From Rhodospirillaceae bacterium (GTDB lineage: Bacteria > Pseudomonadota > Alphaproteobacteria > GCA-2746255), in assembly GCA_002746255.1 (NCBI GenBank), contig NVWO01000004.1:76774-140773 (forward strand): 64,000 bases of DNA, written 5' to 3'. The position numbers were made by a program, and so were the translations under genes. Numbering within the stretch: the stretch's first letter is position 1; each line of letters begins with the position of its first letter. Shown here piece by piece: positions 9,387 through 19,015 of the stretch. The notes beneath the pieces are model-generated. The model made no database searches, was not told the origin of the DNA, and saw only the letters and a program-made list of their open reading frames with translations.

Positions 9387-10592
9387 TCAGGCGAAGCTTG
9401 GCAGGCGCAGGATCGTGACGGTGTCGCCAGCGGCCGCAGCGGCGGCCTGGGGCAGGCGCAGGATCAGGCAATCGGCCACAGCTGTTTGTGCGAGCATGGA
9501 ACTGTCCTGCTTGGAAAAGGGGGTGACATGGCGGATGCCGTCTTCGTCATGTGTGCTTTTTGCACTCAGATAGGCCTCTCTCGGGCCGTTCTTTGCCATC
9601 GCCAGGGTGAGGCGGGCGCTTTCCGGCTGTGGAGGCGTTTCCCTGAGGCCGAGAAGGGCGGCAATTGCCGGGCGCAGGAAAAGCAGGCCACCGACAACTG
9701 TGGTGACAGGATTTCCCGGCAGCCCCAAAAGCGGCGTGTCGTTGAGCCGCCCAAAAAGCGTTGGTTTTCCAGGCCGTGCCGCGACACCCCAGAAATCAAG
9801 ATGAAGACCGGCCTCGCCAAGGACGCTTCGGACAAGGTCGTGGTCGCCTACGGAAGCGCCGCCAGTCGTGACCAGCAAATCGGCCTCCGCCGCCTTTGCG
9901 ACCAGGGTAAGCAGGGACTGGCGGCTGTCCTTCGCAATGCCGAGATCCACAGGCTCGCCCCCGAAATGACGGATAAGAGCGGAAAGGGTGAAGCTGTTCG
10001 AATTCACGCTGTTTTCGGGCGGGAGATCGGCCCCTGGCATGACGAGTTCGTCGCCGGTCGCAAGGATGGCGATCCTGGGCTTTCGCCGCACCGCCAGTTG
10101 CGGCAGGTTCATGGCGGCGGCCAGGCCTATTGCCCGTGGGGTGAGCCTGATTCCGGCCTTTAGCAACGTTTTTCCTTTTTGGAAATCCAGGCCGGCCGGA
10201 CGGACAAACTGCCCTTCAGTGACGCTTTCCTCCATGGTGGCGCTGGCTGCCGCTGCCGTGACTACTTCCTGCATGACGACCGCGTCCGCGCCCTTTGGCA
10301 GGGGGGCGCCGGTGAAGATGCGAACCGTCTCACCGTTGGATAGGGTCCCATCAAAACCTTGGCCTGCGCGGCTTTCACCGATAAGGGTCAGAGTTGCTGG
10401 TGCAGATGCGACATCGCAGGCACGAACGGCGTAGCCGTCCATCGACGAGACGGCCAGGGCCGGCTGTTCACGCTGGGCGACCAAATCTTCGGCCAGAACA
10501 CGGCCAAAAGCATCGGAAATGGGGATTGTCTCGACGGAAACCGGTGTCAGAGCCGCTTCAATTGTTGCGATTGCACCCTTAACCGATATCAT
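9387..10592 (-). CDS. moeA: molybdopterin molybdotransferase MoeA
   Basis: 401 aa with the MoeA N/MoCF/C domain pattern (SSMDGYAV, TTGGASVGDHD). Confidence 0.88.
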   Translation of the reverse strand: MISVKGAIATIEAALTPVSVETIPISDAFGRVLAEDLVAQREQPALAVSSMDGYAVRACDVASAPATLTLIGESRAGQGFDGTLSNGETVRIFTGAPLPKGADAVVMQEVVTAAAASATMEESVTEGQFVRPAGLDFQKGKTLLKAGIRLTPRAIGLAAAMNLPQLAVRRKPRIAILATGDELVMPGADLPPENSVNSNSFTLSALIRHFGGEPVDLGIAKDSRQSLLTLVAKAAEADLLVTTGGASVGDHDLVRSVLGEAGLHLDFWGVAARPGKPTLFGRLNDTPLLGLPGNPVTTVVGGLLFLRPAIAALLGLRETPPQPESARLTLAMAKNGPREAYLSAKSTHDEDGIRHVTPFSKQDSSMLAQTAVADCLILRLPQAAAAAAGDTVTILRLPSFA

Positions 10593-11071
10593 TAGTTTGC
10601 CTCATAAACCCCTGATTTTCCACCTGATTTATGTGTAAGGTGGATATCCGTGATTTGCATGGCACGGTCCACCGCCTTGCACATGTCGTAAATGGTAAGG
10701 GCCGCCACCGAGACGGCTGTCAGGGCTTCCATCTCAACCCCGGTTCGGGACTTCACCTTGCAACAGGCGGTGATTTCGACGGTGCTGCATTCCGGGTTGC
10801 AGACAAAATCAAGCTCGACCGAGGCCAGAGGCAGAGGGTGGCAGAGAGGGATCAAATAGGCGGTTCGTTTTGCCCCTTGAATGCCGGCAAGCCGGGCGAC
10901 GCCAAGAACATCGCCTTTTTTCACGCTGCCTTGCTGGATCTTCGCCAGGGTTTCGGCCTGCATGCGAACAGTGCCTTTGGCGATGGCGATCCGGTCCGTC
11001 TCGTCCTTTTTCGTGACATCGACCATGACGGCATTGCCGTTGGCGTCGAAATGGGTGAAATCCTTGGCCAT
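10592..11071 (-). CDS. moaC: cyclic pyranopterin monophosphate synthase MoaC
   Basis: 159 aa. [10 protein letters not shown] and [23 protein letters not shown] motifs. Confidence 0.9.
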   Translation of the reverse strand: MAKDFTHFDANGNAVMVDVTKKDETDRIAIAKGTVRMQAETLAKIQQGSVKKGDVLGVARLAGIQGAKRTAYLIPLCHPLPLASVELDFVCNPECSTVEITACCKVKSRTGVEMEALTAVSVAALTIYDMCKAVDRAMQITDIHLTHKSGGKSGVYEAN

Positions 11072-11077
11072 AAGTTT

Positions 11078-11896
11078 TTACATCTCCGCAGTTTTGTTGC
11101 TGCCGGGTGGCGCGAGAATTGCCCTTGTGGCGGCGGTCACGTCAGCCTCGCGCATGAGGGCTTCGCCAATAAGAAAGCTTGTTGCGCCCACTTTCGCCAT
11201 GCGGGCAAGGTCTTTGGATGTTTTAAGGCCGCTTTCGCAGACGACGAGACGGTCCGAAGGCACTTTTTGTGCCAGAAATTCACCCGTTTCAAGGCTGACC
11301 TCAAGGGTGTCCAGATCCCGGTTGTTGATGCCGATCAGGCGCGATTTCATGGCCAGGGCACGGGTCAGTTCGCCTTCCGTATGGACTTCGATGAGAACGT
11401 CCATGCCAAGAATAAGTGCTGTTTTTTCGAGTATTAAGGCGGTTTCCTCATCCAGCGCAGCAAGTATTAGAAGCACGCAATCTGCACCAAGCGCACGGGA
11501 TTCGTAAATCTGGTAGGGATCGAGCATGAAATCCTTGCGCAGGGCCGGCAGGGCCGTTGCGTTTCGGGCCTGGGCGAGGTGTTCGTCGCGCCCCTGAAAC
11601 CAGGGCTCGTCCGTCAGCACGGACAGGCAGGTTGCGCCGCCGGCCTCGTAGGCAGCGGCGAGCGTGGCGGCATCGAAATCCTTACGGATCAGCCCCCGGC
11701 TTGGCGAGGCACGCTTGATCTCGGCGATCAGGCCATATTGCCTGGCTTGGCGCGCCGCCATGAGCCGTGCGAGGAAGCCGCGGGTGGGCGCGGCGGCTTC
11801 TGCCATCACGATCATCTCGGGCAGGGGCCGCTCTTCCAGACGGCGGGCGGTATGTTTGCGTTTTTCGGCGCAAATGCGGCTTAAAATTCCGGTCAC
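11078..11896 (-). CDS. trpC: indole-3-glycerol-phosphate synthase
   Basis: 272 aa. IAEIKRASPSRG and LLI motifs. Position in the trpCDG cluster. Confidence 0.9.
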   Translation of the reverse strand: MTGILSRICAEKRKHTARRLEERPLPEMIVMAEAAAPTRGFLARLMAARQARQYGLIAEIKRASPSRGLIRKDFDAATLAAAYEAGGATCLSVLTDEPWFQGRDEHLAQARNATALPALRKDFMLDPYQIYESRALGADCVLLILAALDEETALILEKTALILGMDVLIEVHTEGELTRALAMKSRLIGINNRDLDTLEVSLETGEFLAQKVPSDRLVVCESGLKTSKDLARMAKVGATSFLIGEALMREADVTAATRAILAPPGSNKTAEM

Positions 11897-12930
11897 GCGT
11901 CTTTTCCAGCGTTCGTGATTTCGACGAGTTTACGAAGGCTTGCCTGTGCCTGCCCACTATCAATGGCTTGTGCGGCAAGGGTCACGCCCTGCTTCAGGTT
12001 TCTGGCCTTTTCGGCAACGATCAAGGCGGCGGCGGCGTTGAGGAGGACAATGTCGCGGAAAGGTCCCGTTTTTCCATCCAGCAGCCGTTCGATTGCCCTG
12101 GCGTTCGTGCGCGCATTGCCACCTTTCAGCATTTCCGGTCGGGCACGGGGGAGGCCGGCGTCTTCCGGGACCACCTCGAAGCTGCGCACGCGACCAGAAG
12201 CAAGGGATGCCACAAAGGACGTCGTTGTTGTCGTCAATTCGTCGAGCCCGTCCTTGCCATGGACGACCCAGGCACGCGTCGTGCCCAGTTTTTTCAGCAC
12301 ACGCGCCATCGGAACGACCCAATCAGGCGAATAAACGCCAAGGAGTTGCCGTCTGGCACCCGCCGGGTTGGCCAACGGCCCCAGAAGGTTAAAAATCGTA
12401 CGCATGCCGAGTTGTTTTCGGGTTTCCGCCACATGGCGCATCGCCTGATGGTGGTGGGGCGCGAACAGAAAGCCGATCTTCGCCTGACGAAAAGCCTGGC
12501 GGATGCGCCCCGGTGTGGTCGTAAGATTGACGCCCAGGGCTTCAAGCACGTCGGCCGAGCCGCATTTCGAGGACAGAGCCCGATTGCCATGCTTGGCGAC
12601 GGGAACGCCGGCACCCGCGACAACGAGAGCCGCCGCCGTCGAGACGTTCAGGGTGCCCGAGGCATCGCCACCGGTGCCACAGGTATCGATGGCACCCGCC
12701 GGAGCCTGGATCGAAAGTGCCCTGGCGCGCAGCACCCGGGCGGCGGCGGTGATTTCCTCGACCGTTTCACCACGCACGCGCAGGCCCATAAGGAAGGCGC
12801 CGATTTCAGCCGGCGTGGCCGCGCCGGTCATCAAAGCCCGGAAGGCAGCAGAGGCCTCCTTCGCGTCAAGGGTTTTGCCGGTGGCTATTTTTGCCAGCAA
12901 GGGGTGAAGAACGCTTTTTCTTTTCGCCAT
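11893..12930 (-). CDS. trpD: anthranilate phosphoribosyltransferase
   Basis: Contains GTGGDASGTLNVSTAAALV. Start set at the internal Met MAKRKSVLHPLL; the ORF track extends to 12951. Confidence 0.9.
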   Translation of the reverse strand: MAKRKSVLHPLLAKIATGKTLDAKEASAAFRALMTGAATPAEIGAFLMGLRVRGETVEEITAAARVLRARALSIQAPAGAIDTCGTGGDASGTLNVSTAAALVVAGAGVPVAKHGNRALSSKCGSADVLEALGVNLTTTPGRIRQAFRQAKIGFLFAPHHHQAMRHVAETRKQLGMRTIFNLLGPLANPAGARRQLLGVYSPDWVVPMARVLKKLGTTRAWVVHGKDGLDELTTTTTSFVASLASGRVRSFEVVPEDAGLPRARPEMLKGGNARTNARAIERLLDGKTGPFRDIVLLNAAAALIVAEKARNLKQGVTLAAQAIDSGQAQASLRKLVEITNAGKDA

Positions 12931-12931
12931 T

Positions 12932-13510
12932 TCAGGCTTTCTTTCCAGCAAGGTTCAAGAAGTTCTGAAGCAATTGATGGCCGTTTTCAGAGGCGATGCT
13001 TTCCGGGTGAAACTGGACGCCATAAAGGGGCAGTTCCTTATGGGCGATGCCCATGATGAGGCCGTCATCGGCTTCTGCCGTGATGTCCAGGCAATTTGGC
13101 AAGGTTTCCCGCGCGACGGTCAGGGAATGGTAACGGGTTGCCGGAAAGGGGTCAGGGAGGCCCTGAAATAAATCCGTCCCCCGGTGATGGATTTCGCTGA
13201 CTTTGCCATGCATCGGCACTGGCGCGTGAACGATGTCGCCGCCCATGGCCTGGGCGATGGCCTGATGACCAAGGCAGACGCCCAGAATAGGGACTTTTCC
13301 GGCGGCAGCCCGGATAAGATCGAGGCAGATGCCGGCTTGGTCCGGGTCACATGGCCCCGGTGAAATGACAATCCCTTCCGGCGCATAGGCCAGCGCTTCA
13401 TCGACGCTAAGGGCGTCGTTCCGCTTGACCTCCATTTCGGCGCCCAATTCCCCGAAATAGTGATAAAGATTGTAAGCAAAGCTGTCGTAATTATCAATTA
13501 ATAGAAACAT
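12932..13510 (-). CDS. trpG: anthranilate synthase component II / glutamine amidotransferase (TrpG/PabA)
   Basis: 192 aa class I GATase: [11 protein letters not shown] and catalytic HPES. Confidence 0.88.
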   Translation of the reverse strand: MFLLIDNYDSFAYNLYHYFGELGAEMEVKRNDALSVDEALAYAPEGIVISPGPCDPDQAGICLDLIRAAAGKVPILGVCLGHQAIAQAMGGDIVHAPVPMHGKVSEIHHRGTDLFQGLPDPFPATRYHSLTVARETLPNCLDITAEADDGLIMGIAHKELPLYGVQFHPESIASENGHQLLQNFLNLAGKKA

Positions 13511-13593
13511 ATCAAATAATTATACATACAAACTGAATGTAGTTTCTTGGTTGGTTTCTTGACTTTTCCGCGCATATCGCTCACAAAAACAAC

Positions 13594-16044
13594 ATGACAT
13601 CCAACGCGAAGGCGCAGCTTACGCCGAATGACCCGGCGAATGAAGGCCGGGAATTGTCCCTTGGCGTAAAAGGGATGACTTGCACCAATTGCGCGGGCCA
13701 TATCGAAAAAGCCCTTGGCCGGCTTGCCGGTGTCCTCAATGCGCGGGTTAATTTCACGATGGAACGTGCCGATATCCGTTTCGACCCAGACCGGGTTGAT
13801 CCTGTGGCAATCGTGAAGGCCATTCTGGACATGAATTACGAGGTGCCGCTGGTGTCGGTCGTGCTCAGGATTAACGGCATGACATGTGGAAATTGTGCAC
13901 ACACGATCGAAAAAGCGCTGAGGCGCGTTCCCGGCGTTCTTACCGCAAAGATCAATTTGGCGACGGAACAGGCTCTGTTGGAAGTGGCCCAGGGCCAGCT
14001 TGACGTAATGGCGTTGCGCAAAGCCGTGACGGCGGTGGGCTATGGCGCGACCTTTATCGACGACCCGGAAAACCGGGCGTCGGAGAACGAAAGCATTGAA
14101 GCGCGCCGCCGCCTTCACTGGCAGACCGGTTCTCTTATTGCCGCCATCCTGCTGTCCTTTCCCCTGGTTGCCCAGATGCTCGGCGACTTCGTAGGCCTTG
14201 GGTTCCATCTTTCGCCGATGGTGCAGATGGTTCTTGCCAGCTTTGTGCAATTTGGCATCGGCTGGCGTTTTTACCGCGCCGCCTGGGTGGCGCTTCGCTA
14301 CGGCAATGGCACAATGGACCAGTTGGTCGCGCTTGGAACGTCGGCTGCCTATGGGTTAAGCGTCACCCGGGTCCTTTGGCCGGAGACCGAAGGGGCGGAG
14401 GCGCTTTATTTCGAGGCATCGGCCATCATCCTTACCCTCGTTTTGCTCGGCAAATGGCTTGAAAGCCGTGCCAAGCAGGGAACGTCAGCCGCCATCCGGG
14501 CCTTGATGAAGCTTCGGCCCTCGGTGGCGAGGCTCTTGCGGAACGGTGAGGAGGTCGAGGTGCCAATCAATGCCGTGGTGGTTGGGGACGTTGTCCTGCT
14601 TCGCCCCGGGGAACGCGTGCCCGTCGATGGCGACATTCTTAGTGGTCAAAGCGAGATCGACGAATCGCTGATTACCGGAGAAAGCCAGCCGGTTGAAAAG
14701 GGAGAGGGTGCTTTCGTGACGGCGGGTTCCGTAAATGGTTCCGGGCTGCTTCACATCACGACAACGCGTATCGGCGCAGAGACAACCCTTTCGCGGATCA
14801 TCGCGTTGGTTCAAGGTGCGCAAGCCAGCCGGGCGCCGGTCCAGAAACTCGTTGACCGCGTGAGCGCCATCTTCGTCCCGATGGTGCTGGCCGCCGCCGT
14901 CTTTACACTTATGGCGCAATGGCTGTTTACGGGTGCGCCAGACGTTGCCGTGATTGCCGCCGTCTCGGTCCTGGTGATTGCCTGCCCTTGCGCCCTTGGC
15001 CTGGCAACGCCGACAGCCATCGTTGCTGGCATGGGGGCGGCAGCGCGCGGCGGTATTTTGATCAAGGACGTGGACGCCCTTGAGCGCATGCGCAAGGTAA
15101 CGGTGATTGCCCTCGACAAGACCGGAACCTTAACGGAAGGCCACCCGGCGGTTGCGGCCATCGCGCCGGTTGCGGGGGGCGACGAAGATGCACTCCTCTT
15201 GCTTGCCGCTTCGGCGCAACAGGGCAGCGAGCATCCCCTGGCGCGCGCGATATTGGATGCGGTGGGCGACAAGCCACTGAAACCCCTTGCGAGCTTTAAA
15301 AGCCTCACCGGGCGGGGTCTGGAAGCCGTCGTCGATGGCCAGCGTCTGTGGATTGGCAGTCGCAAACTGATGGCGGACAGCGGCGTTGCAATTGCAAGCC
15401 TGGATTCCAAGGCGCAGGAATTGGAAACCCAGGGCGCGACCGTCATGTGGATTGCCCATGGGGAAGGCCGGCTTCTCGGCTTTATCGCCGCCAGCGATCC
15501 GATTAAGGCAACGGCGGTAGAAGCTATCGCCCGCCTCAAAAAACTTGGGCTCACAGTCATTATGATGACCGGCGACAATCAACGTACGGCCGCCGCCGTT
15601 GCCAGCAAGCTTGGCATCGATCGGGTCATGGCTGAAATTCTTCCAGAACAAAAAATTACCGAAGTTGACAGGCTTCGGCGGGAAGGCGAGGTCGTTGCCA
15701 TGGTTGGCGACGGCATTAACGATGCGCCGGCGCTGGCGGCTGCCGATGTCGGGATCGCCATGGGGACTGGGACGGACGTTGCGATTGAAGCGGCGGGTGT
15801 AACCTTGATGCGCGGCGAGCCGCTTCTGCTTCCGGAAACCGTTCGGATCTCGCGGGCGACGGTTGCAAAAATCTGGCAGAATCTTTTTTGGGCCTTCATC
15901 TACAACGTCATCGGAATTCCCCTTGCGGCGTCAGGCATGTTAAGTCCAATCCTTGCCGGTGGTGCGATGGCGTTCAGCAGCGTCAGCGTCGTTTCAAATT
16001 CATTGTTGCTGACGCGTTGGCGCCCTGTGAAAAAACAAATATGA
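13594..16044 (+). CDS. copA: copper(I)-translocating P1B-type ATPase
   Basis: 816 aa. Two N-terminal HMA domains (GMTCTNCAGHIEKAL and GMTCGNCAHTIEKAL), the CPC transmembrane motif (ACPCALGLATP), DKTGTLT and GDGINDAPAL. Confidence 0.9.
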   Translation: MTSNAKAQLTPNDPANEGRELSLGVKGMTCTNCAGHIEKALGRLAGVLNARVNFTMERADIRFDPDRVDPVAIVKAILDMNYEVPLVSVVLRINGMTCGNCAHTIEKALRRVPGVLTAKINLATEQALLEVAQGQLDVMALRKAVTAVGYGATFIDDPENRASENESIEARRRLHWQTGSLIAAILLSFPLVAQMLGDFVGLGFHLSPMVQMVLASFVQFGIGWRFYRAAWVALRYGNGTMDQLVALGTSAAYGLSVTRVLWPETEGAEALYFEASAIILTLVLLGKWLESRAKQGTSAAIRALMKLRPSVARLLRNGEEVEVPINAVVVGDVVLLRPGERVPVDGDILSGQSEIDESLITGESQPVEKGEGAFVTAGSVNGSGLLHITTTRIGAETTLSRIIALVQGAQASRAPVQKLVDRVSAIFVPMVLAAAVFTLMAQWLFTGAPDVAVIAAVSVLVIACPCALGLATPTAIVAGMGAAARGGILIKDVDALERMRKVTVIALDKTGTLTEGHPAVAAIAPVAGGDEDALLLLAASAQQGSEHPLARAILDAVGDKPLKPLASFKSLTGRGLEAVVDGQRLWIGSRKLMADSGVAIASLDSKAQELETQGATVMWIAHGEGRLLGFIAASDPIKATAVEAIARLKKLGLTVIMMTGDNQRTAAAVASKLGIDRVMAEILPEQKITEVDRLRREGEVVAMVGDGINDAPALAAADVGIAMGTGTDVAIEAAGVTLMRGEPLLLPETVRISRATVAKIWQNLFWAFIYNVIGIPLAASGMLSPILAGGAMAFSSVSVVSNSLLLTRWRPVKKQI

Positions 16045-16991
16045 GCAAACGAAAAAAGAAGGCCAGGGCCTGGAAAACTTGGAAAGCCAGGGCCTGGAAG
16101 CCGGTCCGGATGGCAGTTTTTTTTCTGGGCATTGGTCTTGTAACGGGTGCTGGCCTGGCGCTTTTTTTTGTGGACAGGCCCGCCACACCAAAAATTGCGG
16201 CGGTGACGGCTAAACTGGCCGACACGACCGACACAGCTTCCAAAAAAACGAAGCCCCGACCGCAATGGGTGCGTGAAGCCGTTCTCGAACCGGCCATTAA
16301 AGGGCGGCCAATGATCGCCATCATTCTGGATGATCTTGGGATGAGCCGTGCGCGCACTACGGACGCGATCAAGCTTTCCGCGCCTCTCACTTTGGCCTTC
16401 CTGCCTTACGCAAACGGGCTTTGGGAACAAACCGCAGCGGCCCGCGCCGCCGGGCATGAACTGCTGATCCACGTTCCCATGGAGCCCCAGGGGAAGAACG
16501 GCGATCCCGGGCCGCATGCGCTGATGGTTCATATGACCCAGGATGAAATTCTGGAGAATCTTTCCTGGGACTTTGACCGCTTCGAACACTATGTCGGCAT
16601 CAACAACCACATGGGCAGCAAATTCACGAAAGACCCGGATAGGCTGGCGATGGTTTTTCGGGAATTAAAGGCGCGCGGTCTTCTTTTCATCGATTCCCGG
16701 ACGACCGCCGATACCGTCGCAAAGAAACTAGCGCAGGAAATTGGCGTCCCCTTCGCCGAGCGACAGGTTTTTCTCGACAATTTCAGGTCTGCGGAAAATG
16801 TGAGGGAACGCCTGGAAAAACTGGAATCGATTGCCAGAAGGGACGGGGCGGCAATCGGGATTGGGCACCCTCACAAGGTAACGCTGGCGGCGTTACGGGA
16901 ATGGCTGCCGACGCTTTTGGAAAAAGGATTCGTTCTGGTTCCGGCAAGCACGGTTGTACGCCGGCAGCTTAAAGACGCGGCGGGTCGTTAG
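16041..16991 (+). CDS. divergent polysaccharide deacetylase family protein (YibQ-like), N-terminal membrane anchor
   Basis: Internal ATG of ORF 15888..16991 (MSKRKKKARAWK... followed by a TM helix). Start overlaps the copA stop (ATGA). The last ~60 nt are duplicated at 20961-21020. Confidence 0.75.
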   Translation: MSKRKKKARAWKTWKARAWKPVRMAVFFLGIGLVTGAGLALFFVDRPATPKIAAVTAKLADTTDTASKKTKPRPQWVREAVLEPAIKGRPMIAIILDDLGMSRARTTDAIKLSAPLTLAFLPYANGLWEQTAAARAAGHELLIHVPMEPQGKNGDPGPHALMVHMTQDEILENLSWDFDRFEHYVGINNHMGSKFTKDPDRLAMVFRELKARGLLFIDSRTTADTVAKKLAQEIGVPFAERQVFLDNFRSAENVRERLEKLESIARRDGAAIGIGHPHKVTLAALREWLPTLLEKGFVLVPASTVVRRQLKDAAGR

Positions 16992-17254
16992 GAGCTTTTT
17001 TTCCGGCCACCGCCTGCATAGTGGATGGCTTCCTCGGCGGCGCGCAAAAGCGCCATCGCCTTGTTGCGGCTTTCCTGATATTCGGCTTCCGGATCGCTGT
17101 CTGCAACAACCCCGCCGCCGGCCTGCACATACATGGTCCCATCTTTCACGATGGCCGTGCGCAGAGCGATGCAACTGTCCATGGTGCCATTGGCCGCAAA
17201 ATAACCAACGCAGCCGCCATAGATGCTTCTGCGGTCCGGTTCCAGCTCTTCGAT
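16932..17254. repeat. left copy of 323-bp direct repeat (3' end of yibQ-like gene + intergenic + 3' end of trpE)
   Basis: Aligns without gaps to 20961-21283 (offset 4029), with about 14 mismatches counted by eye (~96% identity). Confidence 0.9.
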
Positions 17255-17257
17255 CAA
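16988..17257 (-). pseudogene. truncated 3' fragment of anthranilate synthase component I (trpE' remnant, last ~88 codons only)
   Basis: Its translation aligns residue-for-residue with the C-terminus of the intact TrpE at 21017..22540 (EELEPDRRSIYGGCVGYF...HYAGG), with a few substitutions. It has no N-terminal 80% and lies inside the left 323-bp direct repeat. Confidence 0.8.
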
Positions 17258-17259
17258 AT

Positions 17260-18093
17260 CTAATTTTTGGTATTCGCGGCATTATATCGTCCTCTTATGG
17301 CAACCTTCAAACCCACAGCAAAAAGCGGCAACAGTCCCAACACGGAGACCATTGTTGAGCCGACGGGCAAGTCTGCGTCAAACGACAGCCATAGGCCTGC
17401 TATGCTGCCCAATATTCCCAACCCCCATCCCAGAAATAGGCGGTGTAGCAAAGATTCGGCAAGGATAGAGGCGCTGAATACTGGAATGATCAGGAAGGCA
17501 AAGACCAGCAAGACGCCGGCGACATTAACCGCAAGCGTAATGACAGCAGCGAATGAGGCGAAAAACAGAAATTCCCATAAAAATTTTGGTTGACCCGAGC
17601 CCTTTGCATCAAACGAGAGGGCGTAGAAGCGCTTGCGATAAACCAGGTGCAGCAAGCTGAGTAGGGCGTACGCCCCTGCCACCATCAAGATTTCGTCCCA
17701 GCGGACCCAAAGGATATTGCCGTTAAACAAGGAGTTGAGTTCTTCCATGCCTTGCGTTGTGCGGCTCAGGATAACGATGGATAGTGCGGTGGTTAGCACA
17801 TAGACGCAACCGATGATGACTTCGCGTGTCGTCTTGCCGCGAACTCGGCGCAAGCCTGCGAAGGCGAACGCCGCCGCCAAGGTTGCGGCAAACGCATATA
17901 GCTGAGCGCGGTTTCCGTGGGCTTCTTCGCCAAGCAGGAAAGCAACGGAAATCCCAAGTGCGGCAACTTGGGCCAGTGCAAGATCGACAAAGATTATGCC
18001 GCGCGCCAACACATGCAGGCCAAGATAGGTGTGGGTGAAAACCATCAAGGCGCTTAAAGTGAAGGCCGGGAGCAGAATTTGCCAAGCTTCCAT
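17260..18093 (-). CDS. ABC-3 family metal (Zn/Mn) ABC transporter permease, ZnuB/MntB-like
   Basis: Internal Met of ORF 17260..18201 (MEAWQILLPAF...). Polytopic TM protein with the conserved ABC-3 pattern. Starts 1 nt after the upstream SBP gene. Confidence 0.85.
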   Translation of the reverse strand: MEAWQILLPAFTLSALMVFTHTYLGLHVLARGIIFVDLALAQVAALGISVAFLLGEEAHGNRAQLYAFAATLAAAFAFAGLRRVRGKTTREVIIGCVYVLTTALSIVILSRTTQGMEELNSLFNGNILWVRWDEILMVAGAYALLSLLHLVYRKRFYALSFDAKGSGQPKFLWEFLFFASFAAVITLAVNVAGVLLVFAFLIIPVFSASILAESLLHRLFLGWGLGILGSIAGLWLSFDADLPVGSTMVSVLGLLPLFAVGLKVAIRGRYNAANTKN

Positions 18094-18094
18094 A

Positions 18095-19006
18095 TCACTC
18101 TCCCACTGCGTCTTCAAGCGCTTCGACAATGCGGTCAAACAGCACAAAATAAGTGGTGATATCATCTGCAGACCCGACCGATTGTGGCAACACGGCAACA
18201 TTGATGCCTGTCTGTTCGCTCAAGTATCGCGCCGAACGGCGCTCGTAATAGGGCTCCATAATAAGTACGCGGGTTTGCTCTTGCTTGATGCGCGTTATCA
18301 GCCTGCTCAAGGACGCAGCACTGGGGGCTATGCCCGGTTTTGGTTCCACCTCACCAACAATCCTAAAGCCGAAAAAGTCAGCTAGATAATCGAAAGATTT
18401 GTGATAGGCGATCACCGGCCTGCCCTCTAAATACGCCAATCGCACGCGCCATTCGGACTGCTTAACTTCCATTGCTTTTGCAAAATGCTCAAACCGGCGT
18501 TGGTAATCAACTGCGTGCGAAGGATCCAACTCGCCGAGGCGGGTGGCAATCGCTTGCGCCATGCGCACGCCATTGCGCGGGTCCAGCCAGTAATGGGGGT
18601 TGCCTTTGGCGTGAACATCCCCCAAGGCTCGCGAGACGGATACCGCTTGTTTGCCGAGAAGCGGTACTGTCGTCGATAAATCTAAATATCCCGGGTTCCC
18701 AGGCAATGTATTAGAGTTCCGCGACGACTGTAGTAGTGGTGGCAGCCAGCCGATCTCCATGTCGGCACCGACGATTAACAACAGATCGGCGCGAAAGACC
18801 TTGCGGATCATACTAGGTTTGGCAACCGCAAAATGGGGGTCACGCGTGCCAGGTGTCAGGCTCTCCACAGTTACTTGGTTGCCGCCCACTGCTTCTGTTA
18901 AGGCGGCCAGGTCCTGGGTCGTTGTCACGACGCGTAACGCGGCGTGACTTATCGACGGTGCAGTCAAAAACAGCACACTGAACAACGTGCCTAAAATTTG
19001 TCTCAT
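18095..19006 (-). CDS. periplasmic metal-binding protein of the ZnuA/TroA (cluster A-I) family
   Basis: 303 aa with a signal peptide (LFSVLFLTAPSISHA) and the metal-site region DVHAKGNPHYWLDP. Preceded by a strong AGGAG SD. Confidence 0.85.
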   Translation of the reverse strand: MRQILGTLFSVLFLTAPSISHAALRVVTTTQDLAALTEAVGGNQVTVESLTPGTRDPHFAVAKPSMIRKVFRADLLLIVGADMEIGWLPPLLQSSRNSNTLPGNPGYLDLSTTVPLLGKQAVSVSRALGDVHAKGNPHYWLDPRNGVRMAQAIATRLGELDPSHAVDYQRRFEHFAKAMEVKQSEWRVRLAYLEGRPVIAYHKSFDYLADFFGFRIVGEVEPKPGIAPSAASLSRLITRIKQEQTRVLIMEPYYERRSARYLSEQTGINVAVLPQSVGSADDITTYFVLFDRIVEALEDAVGE

Positions 19007-19015
19007 GACAGGCTC

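Noticed and set aside
13511-13593. MerR/CueR-type promoter (TTGACT with 19-bp spacer) upstream of copA
   Set aside because: A TTGACT hexamer is present, but no convincing -10 at 19-bp spacing and no dyad typical of CueR operators. No cueR gene adjacent.
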